Shown: positions 13,220 to 27,953 of the stretch, piece after piece | How the letters are laid out: each line of letters begins with the position of its first letter | Numbering within the stretch: the stretch's first letter is position 1 | Source: a virus | Strand: one strand, 5' to 3' | IMG/VR virus record: IMGVR_UViG_3300040786_000030 | Span: 129,181 to 193,180 of that record | DNA: 64,000 nt | Position numbers and translations under genes: made by a program | Notes under the pieces: generated by a model | The model's database searches: none | Told to the model about the DNA's origin: nothing | The model's input: only the letters and a program-made list of their open reading frames with translations

Positions 13220-15558
13220 TGTATGGGGAATAATTTAAATGTGGTCTTACTATACCACCATATTCTAAAATTAAAGTTTATTGGGACGAAAAAGCTGAAA
13301 ATTATAGTAGAGCAGCTAAAAATAAGATAACTAATTATTTTGCCACTAAATATGGTGTGAGTAAAAATAATATAAACGTCCAATATAGGCGAGTTATGGT
13401 TAATGGTAATGGTGATACTATTGAGGTTACGGGTGCTGGTATTGAAAATATCATGGATATAAATTATCAGCGTTCATTAATGAAAGAGGTCTTGAAAAGA
13501 GACGAAAAGACCGTTGATTTTAATCGTTTAATTATGTTAGATGAAAAGTTAATGCTGAGTTAAACGTTGATTTAAATGCTCCACAACAAAGGAATTGGAC
13601 TGTTAAATGGCTTATGGTTGATAATTTCTTATCTTTGGTGAGAATAACTATTTACCATTCAGTAAACTAAAAGGGTTAACCATAGTAAATTCAATACCTG
13701 AAAATCAAGGTGGTAAAACAACGTTAACGATTGACGCTATTAAATTTTTATTACATGGTAATACCACAAAACCGATACTAATGATGAAATTTTAATACAT
13801 TTAGTGGTAAGAATGATTTAGTTGTACGTGGTATGATTGATATTGAAGGTGATGAAATAATTATTGAACGTAAGATGAAGCGTTCAGCTAAAAAAGATGG
13901 TGGTTGGAATATAACGAATAGAGTAAACTATTATAAATTATTACCTGATGGTGAGGAAGACCCATTAAACGAAGAAGATTCAGAAGCAAACAACTAAAAA
14001 AATAAGGGAAAGTGTAGGTAGTGAGAAAGATTTTGAAATGTTAGTTTTAGCTACCGAGAAAAACTTAGAGGATTTAATTGGTTTAACAACTACTGAGTCT
14101 GGTAAAGTGTTAACTAGACTTATAGGTTTAGAAATATTAGAATTAAAGGAAACAGCTGCTAGAGCTATGTATAATGAGTTTCTAGAAGAAAAATCAAATA
14201 GTTATGATGTAATTACTTTGGGTGATGAAATTGAGGATTCTGAAAAAATTATTGAAAGTACAAACTTATTTTCACATTTAACAAAAGTTAGCTGAAAATA
14301 AAACTAATATTGGTTTATTAAGTCTGGAAAATGATAGATTATTAAATAGTAAGGAAAAAATAGATGTTACAATTTTGAATTGAACCCATCTAAATTAGAT
14401 GGTGATATTAAAATATTAATTGAAAATGGTATTACTTTATCTGAAAAGTTAAAAAAATAAAGTTAGAGATTGATAATTTTGGTTTAATTGATTTTGATGA
14501 AGATAAGTTACATGGGTTAAATAAATTATATAACGAAAAATTTACTGAAAAGGCATTAAAGAAGCAGACCTTAATAGATTAAATAAAGTTATTACTGATT
14601 TAATTTCTGGTGGTATTTGTCAGTCTTGTAATAGGAAGCTAGATGATGTAGATAATACAGAACATATAAAATCTCATGAATTAGAGGTAAAAAAAATAGA
14701 AAATAATATATTTATTATTGTAACCCTATTAAATACCACTAAATTATCTATTGACCATTTAAATGAAACTAAATTATTAATTGATAATAGGTTAGATTTA
14801 GATAAAGATAGAGCTGAAGTTGAAATGGGTTCATTAAAATACAATAACTGACAAGAAAAATGATTTAAAGAAATATAACCTTAATTTAAGTGCTATTGAA
14901 TTAAATAGGAAAATCGATTCTGAGGTATCTAAAATTAAAACTGATTTGATAGTTTGTGAGTATTCTAAGACTGAAACAATTACAAGCTTAGAACGAGTTT
15001 CTAGAGATATTACATTAAATGAGGCAAACGTAATAAACAAAACTAAATTAATTGATACAATAAAGAAAGAAGAAGAAGTTGATAAAATATATAAAACATA
15101 TATTGAGTTGGTTGGTAAAAAAGGTATTAGTAAATTAGTACTTCGTTCTGTTTTACCAATAATAAATTCTGAAATGGAAAGATTATTAGAAGATGTTTGT
15201 GATTTTGCTGTTGAAATTTTTATTGATGATAAAAATAATGTACAGTTTCTGATAGTTAAAACGGTGTAACTAAAAACTTAAGTCTGGTAGTGGATTAGAA
15301 AAAACTATTGCTAGTATAGCTTTAAGGTGTGTTCTAGGTAAAATATCAACATTACCTATGCCTAACTTTATCACCTTTGACGAAGTATTAGGTAAAATAG
15401 CCCAAGTTAATTTAGAAACCTAAAACAACTTTTGATAAAATTAAAGATATGTATGAAATTGTTTTCTTTATTACGCACAATGATAGTGTTAAAGATTGGT
15501 CCACTACTATATTAACAGTTATTAAGGAAAACGATATTTCAAAATAACATTAAAATAA
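13220..15558 (+). CDS. SbcC/Rad50-like ATPase (gp46-like), frameshifted; start approximate
   Basis: NFLSF, NQGGKTT Walker A, CQSC zinc hook, SGSGLEK signature, FDEV Walker B, ITH loop. Confidence 0.85.
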
Positions 15559-16140
15559 CGATACTAATTAAATATATTATCGTATATTTGTTAAAAGATT
15601 ATTATATATGAAATTTAGAAATTACTGTGTTATTATTTTAGGTAACACATCTGATGCAATAAGTGAAATTGAAAAGTTAGTGATAGTAAAATAAACATCC
15701 TTGATGCTAAGGGTGTTTATATCGCAACATTACATCAAAAGTCTCACCAAAGAGATTACCAATTTTTTATTTTAAATAAAAGAAGTTTTTTTGTTTTGAT
15801 TTAAACGAAAATAATTCTGGGTTTAACATAACTAGAAAACCAGTTCATGATGGATTATTTGAATTCATAAATGAAGCTGATTTAATTGAAAAAAAAAGAA
15901 TCAGATACACCAATAATTAAAGTAAAAGAGATTAATGAAGATGATATTAATAAGATGAGTATTAATGAAAAAAAGAAATGTTCGATAAAATATTAGATAA
16001 AGGTGCTGATAAACTAACCGAAAATGATAAGAAGATAATACCTTTTGATAAAATAAAGAGTTAAAGGCATTGACTTTATGAATATTTGTCGTATATTTGT
16101 AATACTAACATAACAAAATAAAAAAAGAATTCAGGAATAA

Positions 16141-16958
16141 ATGAGTACTAAAAATGTAAATTATGACGTTGAAGATAGTATTGGAAAATACTTTAAAGAT
16201 GTTAGAAAATCAGTTATTTTAACTTCTAAAGAAGAAGTAGATTTAGCTAAAAGAATTAAAAGGTGATGAAAAGCTGTTGATTTATTAGTAAGTGCAAATT
16301 TAAAATTTGTTATTTCTATCGCCAAAGAATATCAAGGTCAAGGGTTATTACTTTCTGACTTAATAAGTGAAGGTAATTATGGTTTATTAAAAGCTGCTAA
16401 TAGATTTGACCATACTAGAGGTTTTAGATTTATTTCTTATGGTGTATGGTGGGTCAGACAAGCAATTTTACAAAGCTTAAACGATAACGCTAGAATGGTT
16501 AGATTACCAGCTAATGTTATTAATAAATTAAGTTATTTAAACAGGGAAATAGCTAAGTTTGAATTTATAAATGAAAGAGAACCAGTTTATGGTGAAATTT
16601 TAGATAAAGATAACGTTAAAATGGATTTACTTTATTTCCCTAAATGTGTATCGTTAAATGATGCTATAAATGAAGATGGTGATGAGTTAATTGATTTAAT
16701 AGCTGATGTTGATTCAGATGAAAATCAAGTTGATATTGATTACAAAATAAAGGAAGAATTGAATAAAACATTATCAGTATTAGATGATAGAGAAATAATT
16801 GAAAATTATTTTGGTATTAACACACTTTGAACCCATGACACTTGAAGCAATTGGTGAAATATTCATTAACAAAGGAAAGAATTAGACAAATAAAAGAAAA
16901 GGCAATTAGAAAATTAAGGCATAACTCGAATGGTTTATTCACATTAATGAATCATTAA
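16141..16958 (+). CDS. Sigma70-family RNA polymerase sigma factor (RpoD/RpoS-like)
   Basis: ANLKFVISIAKEY, DLISEGNYGLLKAA.RFD..RGFRFISYGVWWVRQAI, TLEAIG..LTKERIRQI. Confidence 0.9.
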
Positions 16959-16992
16959 ATTAAAATGGGCCTAATGCCCATTTTTTTATATT

Positions 16993-18111
16993 ATGAAGAT
17001 AGAATTTAGATACGTAGTTTTAATAATGGCACTTTCAGTAGCTGGATGTGCCGCATATTTTCAGTTTGGGGTCTTAGTCAATTATTTGCTGGGGCTGCTT
17101 TATCTGTTATTTTAATGGCATCTGTATTAGAGGTTGCCAAGTTAGTGATAACAACAGCCCTACACTTATTGGGACAAATTAGCTAAATCACTTAGAGGTT
17201 ATTTAATATTTAGTATTATAACTCTTATGTTAATAACTTCAGCTGGTATATATGGTTTCCTATCCAATGCTTACCAAAGACTGCAAATAAATTAGAAATA
17301 CATGATGGTGAAGTGGGATTATTAGATGGTAAAAATTAATATATCAAAAATATTGATAGTAACGATAAAATAATAGCAACTAAAATAACCGCTTAAATCA
17401 GTTAAGTGGTCTTAGGACTAACCAAGAGGTTAGAATAGATGGCTCCAAATCAAATAGAGATAAAACTGCGATTAGAAATGATATTAAATCGTCTAATAAT
17501 GAAATACAATCACTATCAATTGAAATTAGTGAGTTAAATACTAAAAATAGTGTACTATCAGATTCTATTGGTAAATATGAAATGTTAATATTAGGTGTTA
17601 AAAGTAATAGTACTGTTTCTGGTGAGGTCGGACCGTTAAAATACATTGCAGAACTTTCAGGTGTATCAATGGGTAGAGTTGTTAGTACTTGATATTATTA
17701 TTAATTTTGTCTTTGACCCATTAGCTATTGCGTTAATATTAGTTACCAATAGAATTTTGAATTAGATGGTAAAAAAACACCATTTGAACCAAATTTAGTT
17801 GGTGTAACAGAAGTTATTCCGCAAGTTATGCCGCAAGTTATGCCACAAGTTATGCCGCAAGTTATAGATGATGCTGTAAATGATGGTGTAACAGAAGTTA
17901 TGCTGCAAGTTATGCCGCAAGTTATGCCGCAAGTTATAGATGAGGGTACAAATGAGGGTACAATTGAGGGTACAATTGAGGGGTAAGTGATATTCCACCA
18001 ACTAGAAAAGTAGGATTAGATTAGAGGATATCAAAGAAAAACCCAAATTATAGAGGTTATTCAGTACCAATACCAGCCGCTAGACCAAATAACGGAATTT
18101 CTAGAGTTTAA
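16993..18111 (+). CDS. Membrane protein with coiled coil and low-complexity repeat
   Basis: Hydrophobic N-terminal helices (ITSAGIYGFLS), EVGPLKYIA, FDPLAIAL. Confidence 0.6.
17808..17985 (+). repeat. 12-bp in-frame tandem repeats (gttatgccgcaa; tgagggtacaa)
   Basis: Two blocks of four VMPQ-type units, each followed by IDD/IDE, then EGT units. Confidence 0.85.
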
Positions 18112-18123
18112 ATAATATTAATT

Positions 18124-18730
18124 ATGAAAATAGATGATAGATTTTATTACCTATTGGTAATTTTATTAAAGTTGAGAGTATTAAAAAAAAGATAATAATA
18201 GGTGATACTTTTAATCATGATATGCAACATGTTATTAGTTGGACGCATAGGTATAATGGTGAATATAAAAAAACAGCACCATTTACTATAGGTAAAGATG
18301 GTGTAATTTATAAACACTTTAACCTAAATATCAATCATTATATTTTAACGATTTAGATTTAGATAAGAACAGTATTCTTATTTTATTAGAAAATGATGGT
18401 TGGTTAATTAAAATGAAGAACAAAATAATTTTATTTCATGGTTAGGGTATATTTATAATGGGAAGATATTTTTAATCGAGGATGGAAGGGTTATAATTAT
18501 TGGTGTGGTTATAGTGAAAAACAAATGGTTTCATTAATTTTTTTAGTTAGAAAGTTAAGTAAAGAGTTTTCATACCATTAAACGCTATGAGACATAATAC
18601 TAAAGTTGAAGAAATAGATGATTCTATTGGTATTGTTTATAAAAGTAACTTAAAAGTTATTATACTGATTTAAACCCATCTTTTGATTTTGAATATTTTG
18701 CAAATAATATTAATATAAAAAATAGAGTAA
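18124..18730 (+). CDS. Amidase_2-like protein, possibly catalytically degenerate
   Basis: FTIGKDG.IY.HF, ILLENDG, YS.KQ..SL..L and DLNP.FDF pattern; His ligands not evident. Confidence 0.45.
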
Positions 18731-20826
18731 TTATGAAAGAACGTATCGATGAATATGATATGGCTAAAAAAATGATGAGCATTCTTAGAGGTGGTTACAA
18801 ACCATTACTTAATGAATTCATAAATGCGCCTGATTTAAACACAGACCAAACACAAGGTAGTGTTAATGACAACCCAGCTATGGGTGATGACCAAAATAAT
18901 ACTAATAATCAAAACAATAATCAAAATATGGCAAAGCGCCTAGTGAAGGTCGTGAATCATTAGTCCCATTAACTGATAACTATTTTGAACTTGAAAAAAA
19001 TGATGATAGATATAAAGCTTTAGTTAATAATCTAACTAATATTGTACCTCAAGCTAAAGTTACAAGTGTGTATATCTCAAAAGAGGGTGGTTTAGCTATA
19101 AATGGTAATGCACTAACTTTTGGGGTAGTGGTGGTTTATTTTTACTATGATGTATTCTGACGATACAGTTATTGTTAATAGTGAAGAAGTTCAAGGTAAG
19201 ATTGGAGCTGAAGTGCAATTATCTTTACAGAGATTTTTGACACTCTAAGGGCTGATGTTGCAAACGCAAAACAATATTTGTATGACCCAATGATTGATAA
19301 AATAAATAAAATTAAAACAAATACGATGAATTTAATAAAATAGGTGATTTTTGAAAAATATAGTAGTATTATATTATTACTAGTTGGGTTTTTAATTGGT
19401 TCGTTAATGACATGGAATCATAACAAACCATCAATTAAAACAACAGTTGAAACACAGTATGTAATAAAAAACCGTATAGATACTATAATTACTAAACCAA
19501 TAGTAAAATATAAGTATAAAATAAAATAGTCCGTATAACCAATAAAGACACTGTTATTAATAATTTTAAACCTATTAATTATGAGTGGACTTATGTTAAA
19601 ACGGATACAACTAAAAATAAAAAAAAGTATTATCACTGTCAGTGCTAATGGTTGGGGTAATTTGGATAGGTTAGATTATGTTATTACAACTAAAGATAGT
19701 ACAAAAATAATAACTAAGACAATTGAAAAAACTATAATAAAATACTAATACGCTATATTTATCAGGGACATACAATACTAAAAGAATTTTGGTGTTGGTG
19801 TAGATTGGACGATTAAAATAAACTGATAATTGGTAGTGTTGTTGAATATGATAGAATAGACAAAACACCAATAGCTGGAATTAAATTAGGTATTAAATTA
19901 TGAAAGAAAAAAAATTAAATAGAATAGTTGAAAAACGTTTTGAAGATAGAAAACTTGAAACACCATTATATGACCCATACAGGTGAAGTTAATGTTGATT
20001 ATGAAAATTAACAGGTAAGTAAATCCTTTAATAGATACCCAAAACCCTCTATATTACTCAAAAAAAATTAATGATTATAGGTTTGAGAATTCAACACATT
20101 TTGATACTAGTAATTTAATTCCGATAACCTTAAATTTTAAAAAAAAATAATAGATTTTAGTTAATTTACCAACTGATTTTGAAATAGAGCCATGTCAAAT
20201 TGAATCAGTATCTGAAATTAAAATTTCATTAGATTTTTTAAATTATGTGAAATATGAAAACATTAATTTTGTAATTAGAGAGTCTGAAGATAAATCATAT
20301 TTAAATTTTATCATGGGTAAAATAATAAATAAAGAAAAATAATTTTATCGATAGATAAGGTAAATGGTAGAATATAGTAATGATACAGTATATATCGAAG
20401 GTATAGTAACAGGTGCTTCAACTAACAATTTAAATTATTCAAATGATGGTATTTACACTTTAACAATGACTTTAATGCCACTTTCCGTTAAAAGTATCTA
20501 ACACACAACTAATAAAGAAAGCCCAATTATGGGTTTTTTTGTTTTATCCTATATATTTATAATAAAACAAAACGATGGTTAAAATGGTATTATATTAAAT
20601 GAAGAGTTAAATAAAACTGATATTTCTAAAGAAGTTAAGGTTTATATGACTAGTGATGAGTTTAAAACAAAAAATTGAAAAAATCGTCAAAGATAAATTA
20701 AAAATAATAAAGAATTAGAGGATAAAGTCGTTGAAATAACTAGCAATGTCCCTAACTCAATTATTTAAAACACTTTGGGTTAAAAGAGGTGTTTGGAAAA
20801 CTGGTTTAACAAATAAAATAGTTAAA

Positions 20827-22160
20827 ATGATAAAATTAAAATAACCGAAGAACAATATGCTAGACTAAAGAGTGCTGGGTTGATTAAAGAATCGACTAAA
20901 ACTTCTGATGAAAACCAGAACCAAAAGTTGATGACCAAATGACTAAAGAGACTAGAGAATTGATTAAATATTTTTATAGAGAGTCAAAAAAAATTTATCT
21001 GAATTTTGGGGTGAACATGATTTAACTTATGATGATATTTGTAAAGCTTTAACTAGTAAAACCTTATAGTGAAAAAAGGTGATAAATATATGGTACCTAG
21101 AACTCTTGGTTCAAATGAGGAAGCCATAAAAAGAATTGAAAATGAATTGAGGTTATTAACTAAAATGCCAGAAAATGAAAATGAGATGACAATCTCTGAA
21201 GAAACTGATGATATTGAAGAAGTAGTGGTAAACAATACTGGTTATGATATTTTCGTGTATAATGATGAATTGATAATATTAAAATCTGTAGCTGATAATA
21301 AATTCTTTTATTAGATTTAAACCATGAAAATATAATTAATTATGAAGGTGAAGAATTAAGTGAGGAAGATATTTTCAATTTTTTTAAATTCTGTTGAGGA
21401 CAAACTCCCATCAATATTAATACCTATTGATTTAAACATATTAAGTGAGTTATCTAATATGTATGATATTAATAAATACTTCACATCAAAGCTAGAAGAA
21501 CTTAAAACATTAATTAGTGGTAGTATAAATGAAGATTGGGATGATTATAAAGGTAAACTTTATAGACATAAAACACCAGAAGAAGAAAAAATAGAAAAGG
21601 CTAAGATAAAACCAATAAGAGATAAAGAATTAGCTAGTAGAAAACCAATGGCAACTAAAACACCTGAGGAAGAAACCCCAGAAGATTTAGAAGAAACTAG
21701 CGCTATGGGTGGTGGCGGTGCATTTGGTGGTAGTAGTACTGGACAATTTACTGGCCCATTAACACAACCAATTAAAGGGAAATTAAAACCGTTAGTGAAA
21801 CAACTGTAGCTGGTGCTGGAAATTTTCAATACGATGCGCCTGGATTGGTAAATATTGGTAGAAATGGTGAATATAAAAAAGGTCCTAAAACAAAGGCTGA
21901 AGTAACACCTCAAATATCTGGTGGTAGTTTTGTTGAACAACCTGAATGTTCAAACTAAATAATAATAAAGAAGCGCAAAATGGGGTTGTAGTTCTGGTGC
22001 GAGTACAGCAAAATCTAGAAAAGCTAAAGGGTCGATAACAACACCATCATTAGGTGAAAATAAAATATTTGAAGAAGTTGCTAAACAAACAGGTAAAACA
22101 ATTGAGGAAGTAATGGGAATAATCAAATCAAAAAATAATAATGATATTAACTTTAGTAAA
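20827..22160 (+). CDS. Large acidic hypothetical protein, probably a virion component (frameshifted)
   Basis: KITEEQY N-terminus; stitched ORFs 21069-21314 and 21360-21809; ATATTTAT upstream. Confidence 0.4.
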
Positions 22161-22192
22161 AAGTTAGATATTTATAATAAAATCGTGTAAAG

Positions 22193-23870
22193 ATGGATAA
22201 AAATATAATTAAGAATATTTTAAATGCTAGATTCATAAATGAAGAAAGTACACCTGGAATTGATGTTACTAAGAAAGTTCAAAAGCTTCTGAAAAGATTA
22301 ATAAAACTGGTATTAGTGACATGGCTAAAGGTAATTTAGAATATGATAAAGCAATTAAAAAAACAGATAAAACACCTAAACCAGATAATAAATTTAATTA
22401 TAATGGTGATAAAGAAAAGAATACCATGATGAAATGGAAATTTTAACGGTCAAGAAATGATTCAATACGATAGAGAACCCAACGAATTGTTTAAAGCACG
22501 TGCTAAAGAATCAATAGAAGGTAGTTCTAGAATGGGTAATAAAGGTGGTCCAGGAATGGGTAACGCAGAAGCAACATGGGGCGCATCAAATGATGACTTT
22601 GGTAAAACTTAGTTAAATTAGCTGCTGATTCAGCTAAGAAAAGACAAGAAGCTGAAAGAGGTATTATTAGTTTTGGTGATGATATTGAAACGGTACCAAA
22701 AAATAATAAACCTATGTCAAACATTCAGCATTTAATGAAAACACTGAACAAGCTAGTAAAGATATTGAATCTAATAAACCTTATGGTTCAGAAGATGAGT
22801 ACGAGTTTAATAATGACGAAAATAATAAACCAAAAAATAAAGAACCAAAATAAAAGAATCAATGAAAAGACTTAAATTTAATAAAGAATTCAATGGCGTT
22901 GAAATGCCTTAAAAAATGATACCAGAATCATATAGAACGGATAATAAAGAATTCGAAATGACTGATGGTGTAGAATCATATAGAATCCGTTGGGAAGGTA
23001 CTCTTCTGAAGGTAAAGCTATAATATTAACCGCAGCAAATAAAACTATGGTTAATGAGGATATGGAGAATATGAAACGTCTTATGGGTTATAAATCACAA
23101 GATACTCTTGGATTATCTAAGGGTAAAACTAGATTAGATGAAAACGCTATTTTAGTGACATCTATAATAAAACAAAGGCACTTTTAGAGGGTGAAGATAT
23201 CGAAGACCAAGACGCTGCAACAGGTGACTTAGATGACGCTGTATCACAAGCTAAAGAAGCTAAAAAACACGTTGAAGGAAGTGTTTCTACTGATAAAGGT
23301 ACACAAGCACCAAAACCTAAAACAGGTACTATGGAATCATTAGATGATACAGTATCACAAGCTAAAGAAGCAACTAAACATGTTGAAGGAAGTGAAACTA
23401 GTGGAGTTGGTGTTGGATTAGGTGTTAAAGCTAAAACAGGTGAATGGGATAAAATTAATGTACCACAAGCGGCTGATGCTAAAAAACACGTTCAGATGAC
23501 TGAAGGGTTTAAAAAAAAAAATAAGGTAGGTATTTTAATAGGTGAATCCTATTTTGAAGAAATGGAAGACCTAGATTATGGGGATATGTCAGATTTTAAA
23601 CATGAGGGTTATGGTGACGATAATGTATTAAGTAGATTATCTGCTGAAGAGAGAAGAAAAATTGGAAACACAACCAGTATATTCTGAAGAATTGGAATGA
23701 ATGATAATGATTAATTCGTAAATTTTTTATTCTTAGATTCGAAAGACAACCAGAACAAGATATTAGTTATTTTGAAACTTGGAAGGAAAGATTAAATAAA
23801 CCTAACCCAGAAGGATATATGGACAATAAAAGTATGGAAGTCTGGAACAGATTAAAATACGGGGAATAAA
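22193..23870 (+). CDS. Large hypothetical protein with internal repeats (frameshifted)
   Basis: LDD.VSQAKEA.KHVEGS repeated at about 23226 and 23337; ATATTTAT upstream; terminator at about 23884-23912. Confidence 0.45.
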
Positions 23871-23942
23871 TTAAAAACAAAAGAAAAGCTACCTAATGGG
23901 TAGCTTTTTTCTTTATAGCATATTTATAATAAAAGAAATATT

Positions 23943-24550
23943 ATGAGTTTAATTAAATTACAAGAAAAAATTGGTGTTAAAGCAGATGGGGCATTTGGTC
24001 CAGCTACATTAAAAGCGGCAATGAAATATTACAAAATGACACCTGAAAGAGCTGCACACTTTTTTGGACAAACAGCACATGAAACAGGTGGTTTTAATAC
24101 TTTAGTGAAAACCTAAATTATTCAGCTACTGGGTTACGTGGAACCTTTAAAAATATTTTCAAATGATTTAGCAGATGACTATGCTAGACAACCAGTTAAA
24201 ATTGGGTCTAGGGTTTACGCTAATAGAATGGGTAATGGTGATGAGAAATCACAAGAAGGTTATTTTTTTAGAGGAAGAGGTGCTTTGCAAACTACTGGTA
24301 AAATTAATTATTTAGCATTTTCAAAGTTTATTAAAGACCCTAAAATAATGAAAACACCTGATTTACTTGCAACTGATTATTCTTTGAGGCTGCTTTATTT
24401 TTCTTTAAAGAAAATAATCTTTGGGTTATTTGTGATAAAGGTGTTAATGCTGATACTATTTTAGCTTTAAGTAAAAGAATAAATGGTGGGACTAACGGTT
24501 TAGAAGATAGAGTTTCTTTAACTAATAGGTATTATAAATGGTTAACTTAA
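23943..24550 (+). CDS. GH19 endolysin with N-terminal peptidoglycan-binding motif
   Basis: ADGAFGPAT; AHFFGQTAHETGGF; ENLNYS; RGRGALQTTG..NY; INGGTNGLEDR. Confidence 0.9.
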
Positions 24551-24601
24551 TAACTATTTATTTTATTGATAATATTGTATATTAATTAAAACAATTAATC
24601 A

Positions 24602-25060
24602 ATGAGCAGTAATAATGATGGTTTCATGAATTATATTAATAAGTATATGGATAAGGGTGATATAATTATGTTATATAACCAAAACAATATAAAATTTCAA
24701 AAATGTGAATTATATAATGATTTCACACAGTCATTACTTATGACAATATTTGACACATATCTTGGTGATGATGTTACTAATATTGAACACCAAGTTATTC
24801 ATTTTAATTGGGCTTGGAATAGAACTATCGATAATTTTATAGATGAAAGTCTGGACTTTGAAGAAGATAAATTATATAATTATTTTTTAGAGTTTACATT
24901 AGAGATGTTCTATTCGATACCAAACAAAACTAAATGGGAAAATAATCGAATATTAAACATATGGGTTGAAATTTTGATTATACCAAAAGAAAGACTAATT
25001 CTGATATAGATGTGTTAATAGAAATCTATATTATTTTGAAAAGCGTTAAAAATCATATAA
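24602..25060 (+). CDS. Hypothetical protein
   Basis: ORF 24602-25009 extended across an indel. Confidence 0.5.
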
Positions 25061-25344
25061 AAAAAAGGTTTTACTATTTATTTTACCAAAAATTTACTTA
25101 GTATTACAATATGGAAACAAATAGACTCACACAAATTATTATTATGAGTTTATCGTTGGATATTATTAAAGCTGAAAATTCACTAGAACAAGAAATCAAT
25201 TCAACTAATAATATTGACGCTAAACTAATTAAAATTAAAGAATATTTAGATGTTTTAATAATGTCTGAAAATAGATTAAATAAATTTAATAGTATGATGG
25301 GTTTAAATAAACCAGAATAAAATAAAAACTAAAAAAAAAAACAA

Positions 25345-25513
25345 ATGGAAAATTTTAATGAATTAAAAAATTAGTAGAAGATATGCAAGAAGATATCACT
25401 AAATTTTACGAAAAGATAATAAAGCCGCTGGTTAGAATTAGAAAAGCTCTACAAGGTGTCAAAGAAACTGCTCAAATTATGAGAAATGAAGTTTCAGCTA
25501 AAAATAACGCATA
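25345..25513 (+). CDS. Small histone H1-like (Hc1-like) nucleoid protein
   Basis: DITKFYEKDNKAAG.RIRKALQ..K..AQ..RNEV resembles the Bacteroidota histone H1-like family; frameshifted. Confidence 0.65.
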
Positions 25514-25729
25514 ATATGATTTTAGAAATTCTCAATAAAATATTAACACTTTCTTTTTTCTTAGCGTGTCTTACAACGTTTAGACATGGTTATTATTTTA
25601 TTCAAGCTTATTTATCGTCAACGGACGAACCAGTTAAGTATAGATTATCAAATAGAGCGTTATTATTATTGGGTATCTCTATAGCATATTTATTTACAGT
25701 AATTTTTACTGGTGTAAAACTATAAAAAA

Positions 25730-26535
25730 ATGAACATACAAAAAACACTTGATTCACTCCAACCATATGTTATTGGTATTCGCTATTTAGATGGTATACC
25801 TTTAGTTGATGTGGTTTTAAAGAGGGTTGGCAACTACCAGAAGACACTAAAATACAAAAAATAAAGGTAATGAAGAAATGAATTACTATATGTTATTTAG
25901 TGAAGTGGCTGGTGTTGGGTTAGATGAATTATTAACTTTGTTGAAAAACTATAAAGTTTAATATTGAACGTGAAAAGAAACATGAGTTATTACGAACTAT
26001 GGTAAATGATTTAAAAGAGATATTTAAAAAGAATTCTTTAAGTAAAATTAAAACACTTAAGTTCGTATTCACGGAAGAAGACTTAGTACCATCATTTAAT
26101 GATTTTGATATTGACATTGACGATGATATAACTATTCCCGAAACTATAACACCACCAGTAATAGATGAATTAGAACCTATTGATTATGTTGAAAATGAAT
26201 TAGAACCTATTGAGTATGTTGAAGAACAAAAGAGTCAAGGTAATGATAAAGAACAAATACTAACCAAACAGTTAGTTATTTAGATGAAAACGGAGAACCA
26301 ATAATGGGTTCAGAAGAAGATGCTGAATTATTAGAGGAAGAACTTAGAGCTGAAAGAAATATTGCAATTTTAGAGAATAAAAGAAAAAATCGGTGATTAA
26401 GAATGGTAATAAAGTGGAGTTACCACCTAAAAGAAAAATGCCACAAATAGTTTCAACACCAACATCATCATCAGGTGGTTATTGTGACTGTGGACCAGAA
26501 GATGCCTGTGAAAATGTATCGATAGTAAATATTAA
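25730..26535 (+). CDS. Hypothetical protein (frameshifted)
   Basis: MNIQKTLDSLQPYVIGIRY start; C-terminal CDCG..C motif. Confidence 0.45.
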
Positions 26536-26561
26536 AAAGGGCCTTATAAGGGCCCTTTTAT

Positions 26562-26910
26562 TTATAAGTATATTGTAGTTGTTATTATGATTTTACTCTC
26601 TAAAGCCTCTTGAAGTGTATGTGTTAACCATACACCAGCTGTTGAAACTAAACCATTTAAGAAAATCATTAAATATGTGTTAGTAATCATTCCCATAGGT
26701 GTTAAATTAGCATAACCAAAATAGTATAGTAACCCTGAGACCATAAATCCATCCATGTACCTAAACACATAAAACAAGTAAATAGTTTATATAAACTATA
26801 ACCACTAGTCCCTAGCTTACTTAAACTTTTCGAAACCCTTCAAATAAAGAGCCATAAATAATATTGTTACATGCACCGTAACAAATCAAAATAAAAATAA
26901 TTGTATTCAT
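26562..26910 (-). CDS. Small membrane protein
   Basis: Hydrophobic; LFTCFMCLGTWMGF motif; TATAAATAT upstream. Confidence 0.5.
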
Positions 26911-27464
26911 AAGTTTTTTATAAATATAAGTAATAATGTTTGACTAATCAATAGTTTTACATATATTTACCAAAAACATAATTATGGGGTAACAGATAAG
27001 ATGATTTCAAAAGAAGTTGTAGAGTCAGAAAATGAGAAAAAAATGTTTGCTGATAATAACGAAAGAAAGAAACAACAATTAATTAGTGAGATTAAAAGTG
27101 GGTTAGGTGTTAACATCATGAAAACCCAGGTAAACCAAAATCATTAAAAAACTAAAACGAAACAATAACTGACTGGTTTAGAAAAATATTTAATAAATTT
27201 TAATATGACATACGAAAACTTAATAAATACGGTATCGGTTATCGTTGAAAATGAAAAATACTAAAAGAAGGTTTAACTTTAGTATATGAATTAGAAGAAA
27301 AACCATAAAAGCAATGAATGAAATTCTATTTTATAAATCAAACCCAAATTCAGCAATAATAACACCAACAGATATTTTGAGGTTGAAATAGGTGGTGTTT
27401 TAATAAAATTTACGAAAAGGTATAAAATATTCTGATATTTAAAATATTAATTGTATATTTGCAT

Positions 27465-27710
27465 ATGGAAATAAACGATATAATAGGTTCAATTGGTGTA
27501 CTAATGATGTTAGTAGCCTTTTTTAAATATAATTGATATTGTTGATGATGATGACATTAGTTATATTTTATTAAATTTATTTGGTGGGGTAATGGCTTTT
27601 ATCGCATCATATTTAATTAATTATATTCCATTTATGGTTTTAGAGTCTGCATGGACAGTAATATCATTATGGGGATTATATGATTATATAATACGAAAAA
27701 CAAATGAAAA
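27465..27710 (+). CDS. CBU_0592-like small membrane protein
   Basis: IGSIGV..LVAF, Y.LLNL.GG, PF.VLE..W pattern. Confidence 0.55.
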
Positions 27711-27953
27711 AATTAATTTAAATGATTGTAAAAGGGTGATATCTTAATCAGCTCTCAAGGTGCAAAATTAGAATATGTTTCTAAAACACCTTGAAACATT
27801 ATACATATTTAGACCACGTTGTTAAATATGTAGTAGATAAAGATAATGAAACATTTGATTTTGAAAACTACGGAACTAGAACTAACGATGGATTTGTATT
27901 TGCTAAAATAGAAAACCTGAAACCGACCATGACATTATTGATATAATATCAGT

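Noticed and set aside
17808-17985. CRISPR array
   Set aside because: The units are 12 bp, contiguous and in-frame, with no unique spacers.
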